Shown: one piece after another, positions 57,852 to 64,000 of the stretch
Layout of the letters: the number at the start of each line of letters is the position of its first letter
Numbering within the stretch: position 1 is the first letter of the stretch
Source of the DNA: Bacteroidota bacterium
Lineage (GTDB): Bacteria; Bacteroidota; Bacteroidia; Chitinophagales; Chitinophagaceae
Reading direction: 5' to 3'
NCBI GenBank assembly: GCA_947476825.1
Contig: CANJRV010000001.1
Coordinates: 12,232 to 76,231, forward strand
Length of the DNA: 64,000 nt
Made by a program: the position numbers and the translations under genes
The notes under the pieces: model-generated
What the model saw: the letters and a program-made list of their open reading frames with translations, nothing else
Told to the model about the DNA's origin: nothing
Database searches by the model: none

Positions 57852-59761
57852 TATTTAATTTTTTCTAAGATAATAGATTCTTTATACGCATTATGCAGGG
57901 CTTTCACATATTGATTCCATGCAGGGAATTCTTCTGTATGTAACAACAAATCTGGAAATTCGGTATACACATTATGTTCGCAAACTAATTTTCCATTCTC
58001 CTGTTTGTAATGAATAGAAACGCCAAAATGGGCTTGCTTTATTTCTACATTTTCGGGAATATAGGTCACTTTATAATTTTCAGGAATGTTTAATATATAA
58101 GTTGACGTATTGTTTGTATTTATTTTAAAAGCATAAGGTGCCGTGCGATTTTCTTCTTTAATATCATCATTTTGAAATGACCTATCTAAATAAACATTGA
58201 TATACTTTTCCTTGTCTACTTCTTTCAAATAATCCTGTATAGTATATTGTAATGCAATTTCCATTTTATCATTTGCCATTTTGTTGTCAATAGTATAATG
58301 AACCAACATCGCATTATTGCTTACTGATTTGCAAATGCCTTTTGCAAAATCTTCCTTTTCATTTTCTGTTAAATATAATAAATGGTTCGCCAAGTTGCCA
58401 GCATATAATCCCTTATAGTTTGACGTTGTTTTAATTTCAACATCATTATTATGGATATTGAATTCGCAGGTTTCGATTAAGGCATTTTCTTTACCCTTAA
58501 TCACTGGAACCATTACCAATTCATATTCGGTATCGCTTTTATACAACATGGCTTGTTTGCCTTGAATATGATCTGAAGGCAAACCAAATATGCCATTCGG
58601 ATCGGTGGCATCTAAAAACACATATTCACCATCCAATTTTACAGTTGCAATCATATGATTATCTGTATTCTTTAATGGCAATTCGGTATAAGTATAAGGT
58701 ATTTTTCTTGTGCCTATCCAAGTTAAATAGGCAGGTATACCTACTGCGCGCAACAACGCAAATTGCAAACTACTCATGTCCTTACAATCACCATATCGTT
58801 TATTGCAAATTGCCTCTGCCTCTCTTGGTACAATACCTTCCATGCCTGCTTCAAATGCTACATAACGTACATTATGTTGTACCCAATTATAAATTCGTTT
58901 TATTTTTTCTCGTTCGCTAGTTGCTCCTTTAGTAATAGAATCTGCTACTGCTTGTATACGTGCAGATGGCTTACTATTTACAAGCTTTATATTATCAACA
59001 TACCAAAGAAATAAATCCTTAGGTGTTTGGGAAACAGTATGTGTTTTACCTTTCGAAGTGTACTCATCTATTTTATACATTACATGGGGTGTAAAATACA
59101 ATCTAGAAGGTGGACTATCATACGGCTTTTCTTCTTCTACATTATTTGCTATCCACGTATAGTTTGTTTCATTGCGTTTTACAACTTTGTTGAATGTATA
59201 AAAGTTTGTCGGTATGTTTTTTTCAATAAATGAAACCTTAACTTCTTCAGGAACTGTTAGCTCATAATGGACTAATTCGATAGGTAAATAATATCGAAAA
59301 GTCATAGGGTCGGTAAAGTGTACTTCCTTAGTGGCTACTGTATATTCTACATGTGCTTCGGAGCCTACAGTGAGTCCTAAAAAATTAATATTAATTTCTT
59401 TTTGATCATCATAAAATACATCTCCACCTCCACTGCTATGTGGTTCAAAATCTTTAACATCAATGGTTTTAAATTTTCCATTGCCTGTCGGATTTTTTGT
59501 ATAGGCTTCCAGATGTTCTATTTCATCAAAGTAAGAATAATAAATGGCATAATTATGATAGAGCGTTATCGCCTTTTCATCATTAAATTTAAATACAATT
59601 TCATATTTAGTGCGCGTCATTGGTTCGCCATCCTTGATCATAATCTCTGTCTTCTGCGAGTACAGAGGAATGTAGGCGCTATTGGTATTGAAAGCGAAAG
59701 TGGCTTGGGTAAGAAAACAAATAATGAGGGTCAGGCTAATTCTATTCGCGTACAATTTCAT
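57851..59761 (-). CDS. Transglutaminase-like cysteine-protease-fold protein (DUF3857/TGase core/DUF3858 architecture)
   Basis: TGase core YGDCKDMSSLQFALLRAVGIPA ... with later His/Asp. Signal peptide present. Confidence 0.7.
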   Translation of the reverse strand: MKLYANRISLTLIICFLTQATFAFNTNSAYIPLYSQKTEIMIKDGEPMTRTKYEIVFKFNDEKAITLYHNYAIYYSYFDEIEHLEAYTKNPTGNGKFKTIDVKDFEPHSSGGGDVFYDDQKEININFLGLTVGSEAHVEYTVATKEVHFTDPMTFRYYLPIELVHYELTVPEEVKVSFIEKNIPTNFYTFNKVVKRNETNYTWIANNVEEEKPYDSPPSRLYFTPHVMYKIDEYTSKGKTHTVSQTPKDLFLWYVDNIKLVNSKPSARIQAVADSITKGATSEREKIKRIYNWVQHNVRYVAFEAGMEGIVPREAEAICNKRYGDCKDMSSLQFALLRAVGIPAYLTWIGTRKIPYTYTELPLKNTDNHMIATVKLDGEYVFLDATDPNGIFGLPSDHIQGKQAMLYKSDTEYELVMVPVIKGKENALIETCEFNIHNNDVEIKTTSNYKGLYAGNLANHLLYLTENEKEDFAKGICKSVSNNAMLVHYTIDNKMANDKMEIALQYTIQDYLKEVDKEKYINVYLDRSFQNDDIKEENRTAPYAFKINTNNTSTYILNIPENYKVTYIPENVEIKQAHFGVSIHYKQENGKLVCEHNVYTEFPDLLLHTEEFPAWNQYVKALHNAYKESIILEKIK

Positions 59762-59851
59762 TTTCTAATTATTTAAATAAAAATAAATGTATGTACTTCT
59801 AGTGTATGTTTATCATTTGTGATTCACATTTATAAAATTCAACAAGTAGTA

Positions 59852-61783
59852 CTACAAAGTTTCTTTTAGCCATTTATAAAATTCACCTTGCCAAACCAAT
59901 CCATTTTGTGGTTTTAATACCCAATGGTTTTCTTCTGGCAAATACAAAAATCTACTTTTCAGTCCTTTCAATTTTGCTGCCTGAAAAGCCTGCATACCTT
60001 GCTCTATTGGTACTCTAAAATCTTTTCCGCCTTGTATAACAAATATAGGTGCCGTCCAATTATCGACAAAATTACTTGGACTAAAATTGGTATAACTATA
60101 CTGTGCATCCTTATTCTTTTTGTCCCAATAAGCGCCGCCAATATCCCAATTAGCAAACCATAATTCTTCTGTAGTACCGTACCAACTTTTCAAATCAAAC
60201 AAACCATCATGCGCAATAAAAGTTTTAAATCGCCCTTCATGAATACCTGCCAACAGATATACCGAATATCCACCATAACTAGCACCTACGCAGCCTCTAC
60301 GGTTATTATCTATATAAGATTCTGAAGATATATCATCAATTGCTGCCAAATAATCTCGCATAGGATTGCCGCCCCAATCTTTACTAATATCTGCATTCCA
60401 TTTTGTACCCCATCCTGGCATTCCTGTTCTGTTAGGTGCTATCACAATATAACCATTACTTGCCATTAATTGAAAATTCCAACGGAAAGAATAAAATTGA
60501 CTCAATGCACTTTGTGGACCTCCTTGGCAATACAACAATACTGGATATTTTTTTGTCGAATCAAAATTTGGTGGATAGATAACCCACGAAAAAAGTCTTT
60601 CGCCATTTTCCAATTCCGTGTAACGTTCTTTTACATCACACATTTGGATACCTGCATAAGCGGCATCATTTACATGCGTTAATGCACGCATAGATCCTGA
60701 ACTCAAATCGACAGTATAAAGTTCTGCAGCATGATTCATATCTGTACGCGATACCACCATGGTATTTCCACTCTGATATGCAATGCCATTAATATCAAAC
60801 TGCCCCATAGTTACTTGCTTAACTGTAGCACCTACTGCGGCATTGATTTCAAACAATTGTTCGGTACCATGGAATGGGGCTGTGAAATAAATTTTATCAT
60901 CATCATTGCTCCAAGCAAAACCACCTACCGTTTCATCCCAATTTTGTGTAAGATTAACTTTCGTTTTAGTAGCCCAATCCATCATCCACAATTCATTTTT
61001 ATCACTTTCACATCCATCAGTCTTCATACTCAACCAAGCCAATGTTTTACCATCATGGCTAAAAATAGGATTGGTGTCATAACCATTCATCCCTTCGGTA
61101 ATATTCTCTGTTTTACCAGATGCGATATGGTAGCAATAAATGTCTGTATTGGTGCTCTTTGCATATTCTACACCGCTTTTCTTTTTAGTCACATACAATA
61201 TCATTTGCCCATCTGGCGAAAAAATTAAATCCTCTGCACCACCATGTGGTTTTTGCGGACAATCAAATGCTTCACCTGCCATAATATCTTTTTCACGTAG
61301 TGCAAAACCTGCTACATTATCCGCAACAAACACGTGCGAATAATTACCATCTTCCCAAGTATCCCAATGACGTTGATTCAAATCATCATACACATAGGCA
61401 TTTGACTTACTCAATGTTGGATACAATTCTGTTCCCTTTATGTTTTGAATTTTCACATCTCTGGTAAATATTACTTTTTTACCATCCGCCGAAATCTGAA
61501 TATTATCACCATCATTATCCACTGTTGGTAAAGCCTCCTTTGGAACAGACGGTATAGACTGGGCTGTACCTCCTTGCAATGGTATTGCATAATATGTGGT
61601 TTTGATTTTATTATCAGGCATGTCAGCAATACCTACTCCATAAAATATAGTATTGCCATCCTTACTAATGCCTTGCGCAGAAACTCTTCCAAGTGACCAC
61701 ATTTTTTCGGGCGTTAAAAGAGATTGAGCTTGCGAATAAAATCCGTAACAAATTAAAGTAACGCAGAATAAATATTTATGCAT
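59852..61783 (-). CDS. S9-family serine peptidase (beta-propeller + alpha/beta hydrolase)
   Basis: Nucleophile elbow GASYGGY, and the Asp/His region ..GGKDFRVP.. and ..EENHW. The start is at ATG 61783 (MHKYLFCVTLICYGFYSQAQS signal). Confidence 0.85.
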   Translation of the reverse strand: MHKYLFCVTLICYGFYSQAQSLLTPEKMWSLGRVSAQGISKDGNTIFYGVGIADMPDNKIKTTYYAIPLQGGTAQSIPSVPKEALPTVDNDGDNIQISADGKKVIFTRDVKIQNIKGTELYPTLSKSNAYVYDDLNQRHWDTWEDGNYSHVFVADNVAGFALREKDIMAGEAFDCPQKPHGGAEDLIFSPDGQMILYVTKKKSGVEYAKSTNTDIYCYHIASGKTENITEGMNGYDTNPIFSHDGKTLAWLSMKTDGCESDKNELWMMDWATKTKVNLTQNWDETVGGFAWSNDDDKIYFTAPFHGTEQLFEINAAVGATVKQVTMGQFDINGIAYQSGNTMVVSRTDMNHAAELYTVDLSSGSMRALTHVNDAAYAGIQMCDVKERYTELENGERLFSWVIYPPNFDSTKKYPVLLYCQGGPQSALSQFYSFRWNFQLMASNGYIVIAPNRTGMPGWGTKWNADISKDWGGNPMRDYLAAIDDISSESYIDNNRRGCVGASYGGYSVYLLAGIHEGRFKTFIAHDGLFDLKSWYGTTEELWFANWDIGGAYWDKKNKDAQYSYTNFSPSNFVDNWTAPIFVIQGGKDFRVPIEQGMQAFQAAKLKGLKSRFLYLPEENHWVLKPQNGLVWQGEFYKWLKETL

Positions 61784-61937
61784 GAGTGTAATTTTTTGAA
61801 GGCACAAAGTACAATATATTTTAAGGTAAGAAATGCTATTCAAGATTTTATTTTTTGAACTCAACTGCAACTATCTGGTAATTACGGCAAGAGGATTACA
61901 TTATTAAAAAACAAATTTTTATTCTCGTAGGCTTGAT

Positions 61938-61945
61938 TAAATTTG
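61938..61945 (+). promoter_or_regulatory. -7 box TAAATTTG
   Basis: Exact TAnnTTTG, 22 nt before ATG 61967. It overlaps the track's TTG at 61943. Confidence 0.4.
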
Positions 61946-61966
61946 CGATTCAAAAAAAACACATAC

Positions 61967-62401
61967 ATGAAATATAATGAACTTTGTGCTATATCGGGTT
62001 TAAGTGGTTTATACCAATTATTATCAACCAAAAGCGATGGTGCAATCGTAAAAAATTTAGACGATAATACTACCAAATTTGTAGCCGCTCGCTCACATAA
62101 TGTAACACCCTTAGATAGTATTGAAGTATTTACTGAGACAGAAAACGTGAGACTTTGGGAAGTACTAATGAGTTTCAAAAAAAATGAAGATAAAGTAAGT
62201 TCCGAGGACTTGGCATCAACCGATAATAAAAAAATAAAAAGCAACTTCGGTATTTTATTTCCAGAATATGACAAGGTAAAAGTATATACCAGTGATATGA
62301 AGAAAATAATAAAATGGTATACCATACTCAAAAAAATGGATTTGTTACAAGAACCCGAAACAGCAGGAGAAGAAATAGCAGAAGCTGAAACAGAGTCTTA
62401 A
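61967..62401 (+). CDS. DUF5606-like protein
   Basis: ISGLSGLYQLLSTKSDGAIVKNLDD....FVAARSHNVTPLDSIEVFT resembles that family's N-terminus. From recollection. Confidence 0.6.
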   Translation: MKYNELCAISGLSGLYQLLSTKSDGAIVKNLDDNTTKFVAARSHNVTPLDSIEVFTETENVRLWEVLMSFKKNEDKVSSEDLASTDNKKIKSNFGILFPEYDKVKVYTSDMKKIIKWYTILKKMDLLQEPETAGEEIAEAETES

Positions 62402-62494
62402 GGGAATATTAAAGTTGAATAATAAAGAAACTTTAATTTGTAATTACAAGTATTAAAATTAATTTTACCCTCAGTATTTAAATAACCTATACTC

Positions 62495-62869
62495 ATGAAT
62501 GTTCCTGCCGATTTAAAGTATACCAAAGACCACGAATGGATTCGTATTGAAAACAATATTGCCACAATTGGCATCACTGATTTTGCACAAGGCGAACTTG
62601 GCGATATAGTATTTGTCGACATTAATACTGTAGGTAAAACACTAACTCATGGCGATATTTTTGGTACGGTAGAAGCTGTGAAAACAGTTTCTGATTTATT
62701 TCTTCCAGTTAATGGCACAATACTTGAAATAAATCCAGGCCTAGATGCCTCCCCTGAAGTAGTAAACACCGATCCTTATGGTGCAGGCTGGATGGTGAAA
62801 GTACAAATGAGCAACGACGATGTTTCTACACTTATGAATGCCGATGAATACAGTGCATTGATAGGCTAA
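62495..62869 (+). CDS. gcvH: Glycine cleavage system H protein
   Basis: YTKDHEWI, TDFAQ..LGDIVFV, and the lipoyl-Lys in VEAVKTVSD. Confidence 0.95.
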   Translation: MNVPADLKYTKDHEWIRIENNIATIGITDFAQGELGDIVFVDINTVGKTLTHGDIFGTVEAVKTVSDLFLPVNGTILEINPGLDASPEVVNTDPYGAGWMVKVQMSNDDVSTLMNADEYSALIG

Positions 62870-62894
62870 ACATTTATCCAGATAATTAATATTG

Positions 62895-62922
62895 TCCTGC
62901 ACTTTATGTGCAGGATTTTTTT
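62895..62922 (+). terminator. gcvH intrinsic terminator
   Basis: tcctgcac-tttat-gtgcagga followed by T7. Confidence 0.85.
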
Positions 62923-62959
62923 ATACCTATTTTTCGTTTGAAATCTCTCTTCTTATTAT

Positions 62960-63176
62960 ACCATCCTGATTTATAAAATAGACCAAAGGAGTTTTTAGAA
63001 ATCATATATGGTATTATGCCGATTGAATAATGGATGGTCTGTCTATTATTTCACATCGGTATTAATTATACCGTTATAAATTGTCTTCCTTTTCAATATT
63101 TGAACGCTCTTTATCAACAGCACTGAATGTACTTATTTTACTCATTTATACATTTCAAATAAGACTAAGAATAAAC
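62960..63176 (+). repeat. Repeat family B, copy 2, interrupted by a 98-nt insertion (63063-63160)
   Basis: See copy 1. The flanks ..cacatcggtat | aagacta[ag]gaa[at]taaac are contiguous in copy 1 and separated here. Confidence 0.75.
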
Positions 63177-63553
63177 GGTTATAGTGTAATGAATAATTCA
63201 TTTTATCTATGTCAGAATAACGGTATACCATTTTCTAGAATAAATTTGGAATTCCATTGTCGTATTTTTTAAACCAATTTATTTGTTGCATTTATTGCAA
63301 GGACCTATTCATTTGCAAATACACTAATATATCTAATTTCTTGAGCCAAAGAACCATACCAAACAAAATTGCTGATTATACAATTATCTAGAAGTCAAAA
63401 GACTTTAAAAATTATATCAAATGAAGAATGCATAAATTCATACATGTTCTTGAAGTTCATTCTAACCAATTTATTTGTTTAAATAAGTTTACAACTAAAG
63501 TTGAATTTCATACAATTGAATTACTTAAACTACTAATTCTTCTATATTAAAAA

Positions 63554-63585
63554 CTAAAACGTCCCTGAGTACAGGGACGTTTTAG
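63554..63585. terminator. Bidirectional terminator hairpin
   Basis: The 14-bp stem ctaaaacgtccctg/cagggacgttttag has T-rich runs on both sides. It lies 20 nt from the stop of the minus-strand T9SS gene. Confidence 0.8.
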
Positions 63586-63605
63586 TTTTATTCAGTATTG
63601 AAAAA

Positions 63606-64000
63606 CTATTTCTTTTCAATTTTACTTACATGTGTTAATTTATCATCTGCGAAAATTTGTAAAGCATAAATACCGTTCGCCAATTCGCCTAAACTAATTG
63701 TCATTGGATTCATTCCTTTCTCTGATTTCAATTGTACTTGCTTGATTAAACGACCGCTCATATCTAACACTTTTATAGTAGTGGTTTGTGCTTGCGCTGC
63801 AGTTAAATCAATATTCAATATATCAGATGTAGGATTAGGGTAAATATTTACATCACTTATATCGGTTTCTTCTGTAGTAATTACTTTATTACCAGCAGTT
63901 GGTGGAGCCGTTGTAGCAGTCGTCCAAATTTTAGATGCACTCCAAGAACTTGTAACAGTACCACCACAATTACCAGAAACTTGGAATTCATATTGAGTAC
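63606..64000 (-). CDS. Secreted protein with T9SS type A C-terminal sorting domain (N-terminus outside the window)
   Basis: I checked the frame by hand and it stays open from 63819 to the window edge. The translation is ..VNIYPNPTSDILNIDLTAAQAQTTTIKVLDMSGRLIKQ...NGIYALQIF. Confidence 0.8.
   Translation of the reverse strand, partial: TQYEFQVSGNCGGTVTSSWSASKIWTTATTAPPTAGNKVITTEETDISDVNIYPNPTSDILNIDLTAAQAQTTTIKVLDMSGRLIKQVQLKSEKGMNPMTISLGELANGIYALQIFADDKLTHVSKIEKK

Noticed and set aside
60731-61228. 165-aa plus-strand ORF (and similarly 61882-62331 and 19127-19573 on the minus strand)
   Set aside because: All are antisense shadows of genes with clear catalytic motifs or family signatures. None has a signal, motif or plausible start context.
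63081-63272. 63-aa TTG-initiated ORF in the long spacer
   Set aside because: It starts inside the insertion in repeat B, has poor amino-acid composition, and has no promoter box or terminator association.
1-64000. Scan for tRNA/rRNA/tmRNA/RNase P, IS elements, integrases and CRISPR arrays
   Set aside because: No T-loop (GGTTCGAAT-like) cloverleaf candidates, no conserved RNase P or tmRNA cores, and no transposase- or recombinase-like ORFs were seen. This was done by eye only, so small or divergent RNAs could have been missed.

Overview
This is an AT-rich segment (roughly one-third G+C by eye) that reads as Bacteroidota chromosome. Supporting signs are three proteins with T9SS C-terminal sorting domains, PorT, a DUF4271-hemD pair, TAnnTTTG-type -7 boxes, and no Shine-Dalgarno sequences. 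It is densely packed with about 60 protein genes, mostly housekeeping. They include engB, gcvT, gpsA, an MqnC/E-type radical SAM enzyme, paaA, sdhC-sdhA-sdhB, a two-component pair, tsaC, pdxH, dnaA, ubiE, secA, rsmA, parC, hemD, moaC/B, DPP-III, kbl, an S9 peptidase and gcvH. I found no rRNA, tRNA, CRISPR array, transposase or integrase. I do not see a convincing multi-gene novel system such as a defence island. The features that existing annotation categories do not explain are small. (1) A four-helix-bundle gene of the 23S-rRNA-IVS-protein family sits between sdhA and sdhB, bracketed by inverted 16-nt doublets. (2) Three families of short structured intergenic repeats occur: A in 3 copies, B in 2 and C in 3. 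A and B always lie downstream of, and co-oriented with, the preceding gene. (3) A 736-bp non-coding gap lies between two convergent genes. (4) A DUF3127 OB-fold protein carries an SSB-like linker and a DDLPF tip. (5) A small nucleotidyltransferase-fold gene overlaps a 71-aa ORF, and a hicAB pair is present. All family assignments come from motif recognition by eye. No searches were run.
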